A stretch of 64,000 bases of DNA, taken from NCBI GenBank assembly GCA_013265495.1, contig MU058836.1, positions 496,001 to 560,000 on the forward strand, in the 5' to 3' direction. Positions 47,780 to 61,104 of the stretch are shown piece after piece. Numbering within the stretch: the first letter of the stretch is position 1; each line of letters begins with the position of its first letter. The translations under genes were made by a program, and so were the position numbers. This stretch comes from Vicugna vicugna (taxonomy: Eukaryota). The notes beneath the pieces were generated by a model. That model had not been told where the DNA came from, ran no database searches, and saw nothing but the letters and a program-made list of their open reading frames with translations.

Positions 47780-50289
47780 GAGGGGCTGGTGATCCACTCA
47801 GGAACTCAAGGTGCCAGGCTGTGCCGTCTTCATCAGGTGGCTTTCCATCTCACCCTGGGGGTCAGTATCTAGTCTGCAGCACGAGGGATTAAGCTTGAGA
47901 GGTTGTTGTGGGCCAGGCCTTGAAGGGAAGGACCCCCCCATCCCAACCCTGGCACATTCCATTGGTGAGAATCAGTCCTGTGGCCCCCCGTAACCACTGG
48001 AAGGTGGGAGAAGTCACGCTTCAGCAGCAGGAGCAGGAATCAGTAGGTTTGCTGAGCAGCTCGCCGGTCGCCGTGATGTGGGTCCACAAGGTCCCGATTA
48101 CAGAACGTTGTGGGAGAGTTCGGCTGGGAGGGTACAGGGGTGAGGCGCTGGGAGGAGGGCAGCAGCACTCACAGGTCCCGGTGAAATCAGCGGGAACCAC
48201 CGAAGACCCAGGAGGAAGGCTGGATGGATGCTCTAGTTCTGGAAACGCTGCTTGCAGGAGCCCCAGGAGCTGGGGGGTTGGACACAGGGCCAAGGTCTCG
48301 GAGGCCTGGGCCGTGGGAAGCAGCACACGCTGACCCTGATAGCTCCGGGCAGGAGTGGCCATCAGGAAGACAAGCCACAGAGACAGGGGGACAAGCTTCC
48401 TGGGGATAAATACAGGGATCAGTTAAAGAGCTCCTTTTTGCATGTTCTAGGTCTTTGAGGAAGATGACAGATACATGGGAAGAGAAGAGGTCTTGTGAAT
48501 AAAATATAAAATTTCTCTACGAGAGAAAGGAAGTGGCGTGGAAGTTGGTGAATAATGTCACTGAGGTTCGGAAAAGAGCAGCGGGATTGCCTGGAAGAAG
48601 CAGGAGATGCAGAAAGAGAGAGTCAGATGACACTCTGGAATCTGAGTGGGAGCAGGGAGGATCCCAGACCCATGGTGGTCCTAAGGTGAGAGACGGTGGG
48701 CAGCCTTTGCTGGAGATGGCTGGGGCAGGTACAACCAGGGCTGAGGATGGAGGGCGCACACCAGGAATCCCTGGGCAGTAGGCAGGAGTCGCGGCCCAGG
48801 GCAGCAGAGACCCAAGAGGGGCACGGCTTGCAACTGGGCCACGGCTGACCTGGGTGGGACTCTGAGAAAACAGAGAGGGCAGCTGATCAGATGGAGCCTG
48901 GCCTGAGGGAGACAGTGGCCCCCGTTTTATGATCGGTGCGTTTCACCGTAAGTAAATTATATCCCGATTTATATATATAAAAAAAAAGGAATCAAAGACC
49001 CTAAGGGCAATCTTTAAATGATGTAAATTACATAGAAAACCATCAATCGTTTCCCCCAAATGAAGAGGTATGTGTGTCACATGCACCTTTTTTTTAAGCA
49101 TAAAGTATGAAGAAGATAAAATTATTTTTAAACAGGGGCACAAAAGGCTAACAGGTGAGCGAGCAACCATGACTATTTAAGAAAGACCCAAAACTCATTG
49201 AAACAAATTATCCCGCCGCTGTGTTACTGACATCAGGCGAATCTGAGCCGGCAAACGTTTCAGCTCAGGTTGGAGACGCCTGACAGAGAAGTAGACAGTT
49301 CATTTCACTGGGAAAGGAAAAGGATGGATTCGACTCTGAAGGTTAAATTTCGATCGGGGAGCTGTAACAGCACTGTCAAATAGTTATTATTGTTATTTTT
49401 TTTTACAAATCTATTTCACTTTAAAAGAAGTTGGGAAGTTTCTGACTTAGTTTAAATGAGACCTCCGTTCTCCCAGGCCTGCCGGGCCACCTGAGGCAGG
49501 GTGTCCCGCTGAAAAAGTGCTGTGCTGAGTCATTAAAATGACAGCTCCCACTGAGAGAAATAACAGAGCCAGATTCTCTCAGCCGTGCTGCCTGCCGACC
49601 GAACAGGATGGGGAGGGAGGGGAGGAGAGTAGCTCATTTTTCCAGGCAGATCTGAAAGCTTCTTTTTTATTTCCACAGGCAATCTTAGTCAATATTTATC
49701 CAGCTATTCAAAGAGTTAGAACTAATCATTTATCTCTTTCTCCTTTTTTGTCATTTTTCTCTGCCTCTTTGGGCTACACTTAACTTGGACAAGCGAATCC
49801 TGGCCTTATCATTCCGGACTTCAAGATGTCAGAAACGAAATTTCTGGCTGAGGTTACGCCAAAAGTTGTGACAGTTGGTGCAAGACCCCTGAAAAATAAG
49901 GCTCGTGCCCTCTCCTCCTGGCTGTTAATTCATAGAGTAGTATGTTTAATTAAATGTGATTTTTTCCCTAGAGTCTTTTGATTTTCAGTTTTTCCCACGG
50001 TGCCATTGTGGGGGTCACTAAGCCAGTCCCTCTCTGACACACAGCCTTCTCTGGTTTGGGACGTTAGAAGAGCTTTGCTGGGAGAAGATCTTGTTTGCCT
50101 TTGGTATTTTGAGGTAGAGTGGGGGTGCACAGCAGGTGTTGCCTTTAAGGACCAGGTCCCACCTTGCATTCCTGTAATTACTGAGTAAGAGCCATGGAGG
50201 AGCCAAGCCCTTCCACCAAGCCTTTTGATGGGGGACACTGAGTACCTGATCAAAGTCCCCAGAGGACAAGGAGCCAGGGGGGTAAGAAG

Positions 50290-50660
50290 TCAAAGGTCAA
50301 GTTCCCCAGGAAACACTCAGAAAAGGGGGTTTGTGTGCAGCTGTTTTCTTGGGAAGAAGTGAAGGAAGCAGGTTGGGCAGAGTTGAAGGCAAAGTTGAAA
50401 CTGGGATGCAGTTCCTGGGGACCCCAGGGGAGTCTGATGCCGAGGTGGCTCTTCAGAGATGTCCAAAGTTGAGGGGACAGGGCTGGGACTTTGCGTCCCA
50501 CATTGAACAGTGATTGGATGGAGGCTGTCCCCAGGGAGGGACCACCTTGGGAGAGGCAGCTCCCTTCAGCTAAGGACAGTGAGCAGGCAATGCTCCCAGC
50601 AGCTGGGGAGTGAGCGCCTCAGTTCTGAAGGGGGAACCCGAAAGGCACATCACAGCACGG
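50290..50660 (-). mobile_element. LTR16-family (ERVL) LTR
   Basis: cagtgattggatggaggctgtcccca...accttgggagaggcagctccc...cccagcagctgggga. Confidence 0.6.
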
Positions 50661-52287
50661 ACCACGGGCTGCTCTTTATGTATATGAACTTCACCACTGA
50701 AGCCTTTCCTGGACCCTGAGAAGTAGCTCCTCTACCATTTGCATATGGATTTATCATGTGCTACGATCCGCCCACATCCATTGTCCGGCTTCATGAAACG
50801 TAATAGAATGCTAGCTGGGAAAGAAAGCTGTTCTAATCCAGTCTCACTTTATAAACGGAGGAACTGAGGCCCAGAGAGTCAGACTAGTTTACTTAAGGCA
50901 GTAAAGTGCAGTCACGGCAGAGCTAGGACAGGAAGCCTGGTCCTCTGATTTCCAACACCCCAGCCCTTTCCACGCTCCACGCATGCTGCCTCGACCTCCG
51001 TTTTATTCTCCCTGGGGCCCTAGAGAGCTGGCAGGAAAGGTATCTTATATACGTGATAAATACAGAGAGTGACAGCAGAGCTCACAGAGCCAGAAAGTAG
51101 AAGTATTCCGACCCACGTCTGTTTGAGGACAAAAAGGGTGCTCTGTCAACCACACCACCCTGGGTGCCTCTCCCCGGGGGCCCCACCTCTGTTCAGTTCA
51201 GCTCAATGATCATTCCTGGAGCATCCGGACACTGTGCAAGGCCCTGGTCATACAAAGATGAATTAGACACTACATCGGCTTTCAGTGAATTCACCCCACT
51301 TAAGTGGAAAAAGAAATAGAAAAGTACAGATCAGTTTGACGTCACTCTGGAAATGTTCTGCTAAAACTAAAGCATGCCATCAGGGTACAAAGGAGAACCC
51401 CAGCTCAGCCTGAGGGCTTCCTGGAGGAGGTAATGCCCAAAAGTATTCACATCTGAGTAAGAGACCCTCATTCCCCCAGCTCAACCCCATCTGATCTTCC
51501 CTAGCTTGGGGTGGGGGGTGACTCCACCATCTACTCAGGGACTGGAGCTGGCCAGCCAGAAGAGGGGACCAGAGCCAGAGGTTCCCACTTCACTCCACCT
51601 CCAACAACCCGCTGAGGATTTATGAGGCTCTCTCACCCCTCCCCGATTCCGGTCTTTGTCTTAGTTTTTATATCGTGTCTTGTTAACTGGATGCATAAAA
51701 CCCAATTCTCTGCCCCCGATTTTTCCTTGCCTTTTCCGCCTGTGCCGTCCTTATACAGGACAAATATGACTCTGCCATGCCCTGTTAAAAATCCTCCCAT
51801 GACCCCCACACAGCTTTCTCCTGAGATGAAGATCTTGACACTTCTATGACCTCAGATACTGTTCACCTGCCTAGAAAGGCAGCCGTTAATTGAATCCTCT
51901 TTTTCGCCTTGCAAACTCCTATGCTTTCTTCAGAACTCAGCTCAGAGACCCATCTCCTCCAGGAAGCTTTCCCTGATGGCCCAGTCTGATGTAGATGTCC
52001 CCACTGCACGCTGTGAGCCCTCACCACACGGCCCTGTGCTCACTGGTCTAGCCACATGTCTTCCTCAGTAAGCTGTGAGCTCCTGGGAGGCAGGAGGTGG
52101 GGGGGTTGGAGAGGGTGGCACTAATTTGCACTGAATTCTAAACACCTGGCACTCAGAAGTCATCTCGTTAATGGAGGAAGAGAGGCAATTTCAGGGGATA
52201 GGAATAGCTTGAGCAGAGTCATGATGGAGTGCAACAATGGTGCGTCCGGGGGTTCCATTTGGCAAAAAGTATCATGATAATGCAAAC

Positions 52288-52487
52288 AGGGGACAGCATA
52301 CTTTTCCCCTAAAGGACCAGATAGTGGATATTTTAGGTTTTGCAGGACAAGAGGCTAAATTGAAGACACGGTGTTGGTACTTATGCAACCATTTAATACG
52401 TAACCATTCGGAAACATAAAAACCATCCTTAACTTGGGTCTGATTTGTGAGTGGCAGATTTGACCCACAGGTTGTAGTTTGTCAACC
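52288..52487. mobile_element. MER58-family hAT-Charlie fragment
   Basis: taaaggaccagatagtggatattttaggttttgc...cagatttgacccacaggttgtagtttgtcaacc. Confidence 0.7.
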
Positions 52488-53879
52488 ATAAGATCCACAG
52501 TGAGGGCCAAGGCTGGAAAGGTAAGCAGAAGCCTGATCACAAAGAGCCAGCTAACATGGCAGGTGGACGATCTAGGGCTGATGCTAAAATCAGAGGTGGG
52601 CCATCACAGGGCTTTAGGCAGGGGAGCAAGTTGATGTGATCTGTATTTTATAAAAGCTTGACTGGCTGCAGTGCAGAAGGGACTCTAGACACCTGGACAA
52701 ACCACACCCAGCCAGTCACCACTTTCTGACTCGGACATGCAAGCATCTCAGAGGCATTTCTTTTGCCAAGTGAGGAATTCCTGGAGACAGATGGTCCCCA
52801 AGACTGGTATCTCTTATATCTTCCTGCATGAACTGGGGGCCTTGGGTTTGACGAAACATCCCCAGGGAATAACTTTCTTCGTCCCTTCCAAGGAAAATGA
52901 ATCGGGTCATTTAGAACCAATGGGACGGGACCCACCAAGAACATTCCTTGTGGATCTGCACACCCATTTCTGCCTGGGCTTCCTCATGACAATGGTTATT
53001 TATCTGACCTTGACTTCCACATCGGTCCAACTCCCACACTTAGTTCCAAAACAGGTCTTAAATCACTCAGGAGCCAAGCCAAGCCAGGCTGCAGGAGGAA
53101 GTAACCTTGGCCGTGCCTGTGTTTCAGCACACTCTACAGACATCAAAACAAAGGCAGGGTAAAATCAGATGAAGTCACCCTCAAACAATGAAAGCGAGAT
53201 GTTGGCGTCTTCTTCAGGGACCAACCCAGATTAAGGTTGTACTGTCCACGGATAAGACAGGCAACTGAGCCAGAAGATTTTCCAGGGAGGGAGATCTTAG
53301 TAGCTAAATCAGACGATGACAATTACTGGATATTATATAATTACACATGAATGAAATGGGCATCTGCTTTTGGGTGCCTATTTTGACTCATGAGACCACC
53401 CTCAGAATGATTAATTTAACACAGCCCTCGAGTGGTCATACCCACTTTTACTGCCTACATGAATTTTCCTCTACCCATTTTCCTCCAAGAAAGCAACCTT
53501 GAACCTGACTCTACTGACCAGCTGAGGTCATGGTGAGCATACTTCACCATTGTATTTCTGGTTCTACATTCTCACTCAATTTCCTTGGAGAGGAAATGTG
53601 TTTTAGGGCTGGTGTGAGATCCAAACTGTTGGCTCCAGGCTACAATGAGATCAAATTAGCCATTTACATGCTGAGTCTTCAGTGCAGCAACCCTGCCCCT
53701 CCCATTCCTCTACATTTGATTCAGGTAAAGAGGCTTCCTTAGGGTTCTGCAAAAATCCTCTGCAGATGTTACCAAGGAAGGACCAAGACTCCCTGAGGTT
53801 ACCTAGAGAGCTTTTGGTTGTATGAGTTCTACTCAGAATAGAACCAACATGGAACCAAATCACTTGAGATGGGCCAACT

Positions 53880-54680
53880 TTGAAAGTTTTAAAATTATCT
53901 CAAGACAGCCATCATGAGAAGTACCTACAATTCCCCCAGAATAACTGGCCCAATATTCTGATAGCCAGATATTTTAGATGAAATATCACAAGTTGCTGGG
54001 CTCCTTATATTTTAACATCTAGTATCAAACTTTTAAAAGGCTATCCTGGGGTGAAGAATGAGATTGAGAGTTTGAATAGAATGGAATCTTGTGTAAGATG
54101 CTGTGACTGTAGCAAACGATCCTACCAAACGCTTGGCTACTTTGCGACCTGCAGAGAATTCATTTGGTTTCTGCCATAGCAAGAACCCTCTGTGCATCTC
54201 TGAGGAGAGGACGTTGGCTGACAGGACACGTTTAGCTGGGGAGTCCTCAGAATCACGGGGCTCTGGGAGTCAGAGGTATTACAGGACGTTTGTAAAGGAT
54301 TATTTTTGGATTGCTAAACCACTTAGTGACCTATTTTGAGGTTATCTGGTTAAGACCAGGGGAAGGGGACGTTCCGGGAGTAACAGTAACCCAGGCACCC
54401 CCACCAGCACCACCACCAGCCTTTCAAACCTTCTGAGAAAGGGTGAAGGCCCGTGAGCAGGTATTCCAATTCAGCCATCATGAAATTCTACTAAGGCCTT
54501 ATTTTATACAGAGAGGCCAGCCTTGAGGGCCTGGGGTTATATTTTATTAGGGCAAAAGTGAGAAGGAAAACCTACCACTCTCACTATCAAAGGCCTTTAT
54601 GTACGAGAGACCGGACACCCAACTCACAATTCAGAACTCTCAGCCTTCAAATAGGCAATCACTTGCAAGTTTGTGCAACG
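53880..54680 (+). mobile_element. Fossil Ty3/gypsy LTR-retrotransposon pol fragment (RT and RNase H), disrupted
   Basis: Collinear motifs across frameshifts: DILDEISQVAG (~53968); ISEERTLAD; RYYRTFVKDYFWIAKPLSDLF (~54274-54336); LILYREASLEGLG (54498-54536); ETGHPTHNSELSAFK*AITCKF (54607-54672). Confidence 0.8.
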
Positions 54681-55589
54681 GGTGTAGAGGGTGATTAGCC
54701 TGGCGGTTCAAAGTGGGAATCCAGGTTGGTTCACATGTCAAACGATGACCCAACCACTTCCTGCTTGTACATCCATTGGCCAGGAGAAGCAAGGAGCCAG
54801 TGCACAGGAAATCCACGGTGGTGACCGTCTCTTCTCCCGTTATGCCAGGCTTGGCTCACCACCGTCACCCAGATGACAGGAGAGAGATCACTTTTAGTAT
54901 GTGCGTTCTCCACCAAAATTCACCAAATGAAGGGGAAATTCTGAAAGTAACTCACTGTGAGAAGGCCCTCGACCAGCAGAAGTCCAACAAAACACCAAAG
55001 TAGTGATGGTGGATGGACCCTTCACCTGGCCTCAATGAGGTAAGTGGCAAATATCTCAAGTTCCTCTAGCTGAACAGCTCTTGGCCTCTGCTTGGCAGAC
55101 TCACCTGTGTTGGGCTATCAGGGGCCGTTCTCCTAACCAGCTCTCTGGACCCAAGCTAAGGCACCAAGAGAGCTTGGGATCATAATGTAACTGAGGGTCA
55201 TGACCAAGAGCTCTGCTGGACTAAGGCACAGCCCTACAGACTGGCCAGGGCAGAAGAGCCCATTGCATAAGTAGGGTCATCACTTAGCTTTGCCACTTGG
55301 CCTTCCCAGTGAATAAGTGTCATCAACACCCAACCTGTGACTCTAGACCTTGTACCACAAAAATCTCATCACCACTGGAAGGCACCTCCCAAACCACACC
55401 ACCACACACTCGTAAACTCCCAGAGATTCTTGGGATGGGATAAAAGCTCAACTTTGAAGCTTAACAGGTTCACTGAGGTACCCTTGAGCTTGGGGTGGAG
55501 GAAATGGACACACCTTGATGCATCATTAACATGAGAAGGTAGGTGGAGAGCAGGGAAGTTCTGCTGACCTACGGTAATTGGTCAAGTAT

Positions 55590-55960
55590 TTACCACATGG
55601 CAGACACTGTCTAAGTGCTTTGCAAGTGTGATGAAGTCATTTACATCTCCCAGCAATGAGACAAGGTACCTACTGTTTTTGTTTCTAATTTATATATAAT
55701 AAAAAGTGAAGGAATTTGCAGATAGTAAGTGGTCCATTGGAGAATCGACCCCAGGCTTCTGGCTCCTGCAGCCCTGCTTCTGACCACACAGCACCTGCTA
55801 GGACTATATTTCATGCACTAGCGTTTAATCCTCCCAGGTATGTTAGAACTTTACCAGCCCCATTTTATAGGTAAGCAGTTGTGCTTCAGAGAGGTTAAGC
55901 AATTTTTCCAAAAATCACAAGCCAAGCAGGGACTTCAATCCCTGTCTCCAAGGCCTGCAC
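55590..55960 (-). mobile_element. MIR SINE fragments
   Basis: cccattttataggtaagcagttgtgcttcagagaggttaagcaatttttccaaaaatcaca. Confidence 0.7.
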
Positions 55961-56113
55961 TTTACCCCCAAGCAACACCCTCAGTTGGTTCATTTTCCAG
56001 AAGTTTTGAAACCTAAACCTGAGTGAAGAAGAGAGAGAAAGGGAGGAGGTGGGAGAGCAATTCAGAAGGGAGGGGGGAAAAATGGACCTTTAGGGAACAA
56101 TGAAATTAGTGAA

Positions 56114-56199
56114 TTTTTTTTTTAATGGCGGTGTGGGGATGGGGACCTCATGCATGCGTGCTAGACATGCGCTCTGCCACTGAGCTATACCCTCCCCCC
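56114..56199 (-). mobile_element. tRNA-Ala-derived SINE (vic-1-like), internally deleted
   Basis: Poly-T aatggcggt...ggacctcatgcatgc...gctctgccactgagctataccctcccccc; B-box region missing. Confidence 0.8.
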
Positions 56200-57249
56200 G
56201 TGAAGTATTTATTCTTCATGCATGTTGTAGATCGGAATTTATATCATGTGGGGTTGGGAACATAAAAATGTAATCTGTGATACTTGGATGGCAAATAAAA
56301 TGTTCATGCCTCGTTCATTTAAGGACACGAAAGCCTAAAGGGGACTGAAACAAACTAGGACAATTGAAAAAATAAACAACAACAAAAAAATAAGACTCTT
56401 AGGGGATTCAAAAATATAAGAGCACATTTTCCGCTAATTTAGAAGAATTGTCATGGTTTCTCCTCTTTGGTTTTACAGGGCTCTGTAGCAGTTGAACACA
56501 ATTAGCAGCTGACCATTGGGGAGAAACGATTTTGGCCCCACTGTGCAGCCTCCCTGCCTCACCCACAAAGTGGGGGCAACACTCCAGAGGGCAGCCGCCA
56601 TTCATCAGCTGGGCTCGGCTGTTAGACTCGGCTTTTAGAGCCACCCCACGGGGAAGGGCAATTGTTCCTCCTGGTCCCAAGGGAAGACATCAGTTTGGCT
56701 GTGACAGTCCCCGAATCGCATGCATAATTGTTCCGAGGGAAGTATTATAGGACCAACAAAAAGAAATCTGTGCTGTATTATTTTGTAGGTTCCAACTGGT
56801 TGGATATAAAACAAAACAAAAAGAAATTACATACTTGATGCGAAATTAGAGCAGTTAACATTTTTATTTCTTTTAGACATTTTAATCTATTCCTCCACGA
56901 GGATAGCTAATGACTGTCTAAAAAGCTTTTGCCACTTTTCCAGTGCATTTTAAGATGCCCATTTTCTGTCGCTGGTTCTTCCAACAAAACCATGTTCATT
57001 TTGTTCTTAGGATTTATTTCCAAGGATACAGTTTTTAGAGTAATTTAGGAATTATCCAAAGAATTATTAAAGGATTTGAGTCTTAATATAGCAGCATTAA
57101 TTTATACTAAAGAGATCCTTCAAGAAAATTTTTTGAATCTTGGGTGGTGAGAAAAATCTTAGAAAAATTATCAAAGTCGTGGGCTTCAAAATGATGAATA
57201 ATAAAAGAGATGGAGAGATGTAATGTAATCATTATAAAAGAAGTTTTCT

Positions 57250-57310
57250 CATATATAAATGTGTGTGTATATATGTGTATATATGTGTGTATATATATAT
57301 ATATATACAT
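57250..57310. repeat. (TA)/(TG) microsatellite
   Basis: gtgtgtgtatatatgtgtatatatgtgtgtatatatatatatatatac. Confidence 0.85.
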
Positions 57311-58454
57311 GTTATATTTACATTAGTCAAATCCCCTTGACGGAGTTGTGCTAATATTTTTCCTCAAATACATTATATTTTTCCATCATCATGAGCAGGT
57401 ACATGATGTGTATGCTGATCTTCAAGGAAGGATAACGTGCTTGATTGTGAATGCCTTTTCTATTTACAGTTCCATTCCTAAAGCTAATTAAGTTCTTGTT
57501 TGATCTCAGGCTTAATAATAAGAACTATTTGGGTTTCAAAAGTCATATTTAATATGAGAAAACCAGTCCTTTAAATGTTTCCTTGTGTTAGTTACTGCTG
57601 AACGAGCCAGATGGTCTTAATTAAACCGTCAACCTTGAGCAGAGAAGAGTACACCAAATCACAATCAGTGACTTTGCCGGGGTTTCTCCCCCACCCCACC
57701 CCGCCCGGCCCCGTGCGCATCGACATTGTGTTTTCATCCATAACGTATGAGGTCCCTCATCTTCTTTACTCACTTATCACCCCAATGATGAGTAGAAAAT
57801 AGAAATTCTCCTCCGTAGAACATTTCTATAGTTGGTGGGACAGTCCAGTGAAAGCTACGTATGTGGGGACAGAGTCTGAAAGTCACACTCAAGTGCCAAG
57901 GGGGTTCCCAACTTGCCTTCTAAAGGGGTGTGTCTGTTATCTGGCCAGCCTCTCCCTTCACTGAGCTCCAGGACTCCAGAAGACAGCATCTGGGGTGGAG
58001 CTGAGCTAACCATGGGAAAGGGGAAGGATGGTGACCAGTCCATTGGTACAAAAGGATAGAAAAGTAGGACCCCTTGTGGTTGGGCAGTAGCAAAGGAACC
58101 TGAAAGAGGGAGATGTGTGAATGCGGGATTCCAAACACGAGGCTGTTTAATGTGGGGGAGCAAACCCTCTTCTCTGTCCCTCACATAGCCTCCAGTCCAC
58201 ATCACTCACAAATGCTGTTGTATGAGTTAATCCTCTAGGGGAGCAGCACATGGAAGAGAACGGGGAAGAGCGGATGTCCTGGTTACACTCTCCATACTAG
58301 TGGTGATCCCAGCCCCACATCTACAGGCTCACAAATGAGAGAAAACTTGTGAACGGTGCTTGGCTTTCTAGAATTCAATGGCAGAGTGCTGACCCCAAAT
58401 TCCTTCCTATGTAACTCAAGAGGAGGACCTGTTTTATAGTGAAAGTGTTAGAAA

Positions 58455-58710
58455 AAAAAATGTCATTGTAAGTCTGTGTAAACCCATATAATGTGCAACA
58501 CCAAGAGTGAACCCTAATGTAGACTCTGCATTCTGGGTGATAACAAGGCATCACTGTAGGTTCATCCAACGTGCCACTCTGGTGGTGGATGTTGATTGTG
58601 GGGAGGTTCTGCATGTGCCGGGGCCAGGGGTAAATGGGAACTCTCCGTACCTTTTACTCAATTTTGCTGTGAACCTAAAGCCTCTCTAAAAAATAAAGTC
58701 TATGTTTTAA
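58455..58710 (+). mobile_element. L1MC-like 3' end
   Basis: caacaccaagagtgaaccctaatgta...ccactctggtggtggatgttgat...ctcaattttgctgtgaacctaaagcctctctaaaaaataaagtc. Confidence 0.85.
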
Positions 58711-60499
58711 AAAGCACTTTCTACCTTTACCCTGCTTGATTTTCTTTCATACTAAATGAATGGCTATTTTTTTTCTTATCACTTTACATTTTCTGACGTA
58801 TGTGTTTATTTCTCTCCTCATTAGGATTTTGTCTGTTTTACCATTGTATTTCCAGCACTTTGAAGGTACCTGGTATTTAGTAGATGCTCAATAAATATTT
58901 GTTGAACAAACAAGCAATACTAAGGTGATAAATATGCAGGATCCCAAATGATTGATCTTTGGTAGAATTCAATAATTTGGTGGCCATAGGACCACGACCA
59001 AATCATGTCTCTGGAATTCATTTTCCCATGTGTCCAAGAGAAGGTTTTTCCTAAATCCCCTTGGCCTGAAGAATGCATGTGACCCACCTAGTTACATACA
59101 TGATCTAATCTTTGTGTTACTTTATGATAACTAATAACACCTTTGATCTAATTTAAGCATGAAGTTAAAAACTAGAAAGCGGCGGCTTTATTGCAATTTC
59201 TCCAATATGCAAAGAAATTTAACACGTAGGTGGCTGAAAAGCAGTACCAAATTTTTTCATTGGCACTTTTCTATTTAATAAGCAGGTATCTAACTCTTTT
59301 TGGAGAGAAATGACAGAGGCTCATCAAAGTAGACTTGGAGGTGGAACGTAGCCAATAAATCTCCGTCTAGAGTAACTCCGTCCTATAGCTAGAAATCAGG
59401 GGTTTATCACTAAGTCTCCTGAATACTTGCACTGCCTACATTTTAACTGGAAGGCAGTGGTAAAACAAATAAAATCACCAGTTTCCCTGACATCTGCCGA
59501 TGATCATTTAGGGGGACAGGAAGAGGGGTAACGGAGGCAGATGGCAGGGACTTGCTTCTTTGTTCTAATTCCATTTTTGAAGGTTCTCTCTTGCTCTGCG
59601 AACTTTCTTTATGAACTTCACGTGTAATTAAATCTCCAAAGGATTGAATGACGATTGGCAAGCTGCCATTTTAGAAAATATAACTCATTTAACAATACAC
59701 TTCCAGTCGCTCTCCCTGCTTCCACGTGGTTCCTCACGACGCTCCACCCAAACCCAAGCTCTGCTCGTATTTGCCTCCTGCTCAGAAAGCTGCGGCATCT
59801 CCCCGATACCTGGAGAATCCAACCTGAAGTTTTAGCACAGCCTCTAAAGCCTCCTGTCCCCACAGGATAGGCGCTCTCCTCCAAGCGCATCAAGTCCTGA
59901 CTGGATCCTAGATTTTTCCTCTCCCTCCTCTTCCTCCTGGCGTGGTGGCCCTCTCGGCACCCACCCCCATAGCCCAGAAATTCACTGCCGTGCCCTCCTT
60001 TTCTGGGAAGCTTCCTACAGACCTGTAATCGCACATGGGGGTGCTTTCTGCCTCTCAGATCAATGGTGAATCATTCTGCCTTTTAATAGATTTCACTATT
60101 CGCACCTTAACATCCCTTTCAAAACTACAAACTTTCTAGAACCAAGTCTCATTCATCCGACTCCGGAACTACTTTCTTTGCACTGCTCCAGACCGCTTCT
60201 TTCCTTTGGGGAAACAGTGAAACCACGTGATGGTAGCATGTCTCCTTGAAACGGAAGGCATTCAGTGGGTGCTTATGTTTGCTGTTTAACATAAAGGTAG
60301 CCCTTAAAATTGTCTCCTGTCGCCTCTGAAAGCAGGACTGTGAGTCACAATGGTAAGAACCGCCCCCTTCCCCACCCCTTAAAGAGACCAGTGCACTGTA
60401 AGGCTGCTCAGACAAGGCTGGCTTTATCAGCCCGTCCTCCTCAGCAGATGCATTTGGAATCCAGAAAGGGCTGGAGGGGAGCTCCTTCTCCTTGGCACC

Positions 60500-60932
60500 T
60501 GTATTAGCTTCCTGCGGCTGCTGTCACAAATTAACACAACCTGGGTGGCTTAAAAAAAGAAACAGAAATGTACTCTCTCTCAATTCAGAAGGCCAAAAGT
60601 CCAAACTCAAGGCGTCTACATGTTCTTTCTGAAGGCTGTGGGGACACCTTCCTTGCCGCTGCCTGGCTTTTGGTGGCTGCCAGTAGTCCTTAGAGTTCCC
60701 AACCCTCTCTCTTCACATGGTGCTCTCCTTATGGAGCCATCTCCTGTCTCTGTGTGTCTTCTTTTTTGTAAGGACACCGGTCACACTGGATTAAAACTAA
60801 TCATCTTAACTTGCTTACATCTGCAATGACCCTATTTCCTAACAAGCTCACATTCACAGGTCCTAGGGGTTAGGACTCGAACATATCTTCGGGTGGACTG
60901 GCGAGGTGCGGGATACAATTCAACCCACAACA
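60500..60932 (-). mobile_element. MLT1B/C-like solo LTR
   Basis: tgtattagcttcctgcggctgctgtcacaaat...gggtggcttaaaa...ttacatctgcaatgaccctatttcc...acaattcaacccacaaca. Confidence 0.85.
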
Positions 60933-61104
60933 GCATCCATAACCCTCCCTGTACAGCTTACTAGTCGCAGAGAATTACATAATGTCACTGTCACAGCACC
61001 GCAGAGGACCTTCAACTTCTGCGTCTCCACGCTCCAGCAGAGACAACGGTAACACCAACACCCTTGAAGGAGAGACGATTCTTTTTTTTTTTTAATTGAG
61101 CTAC

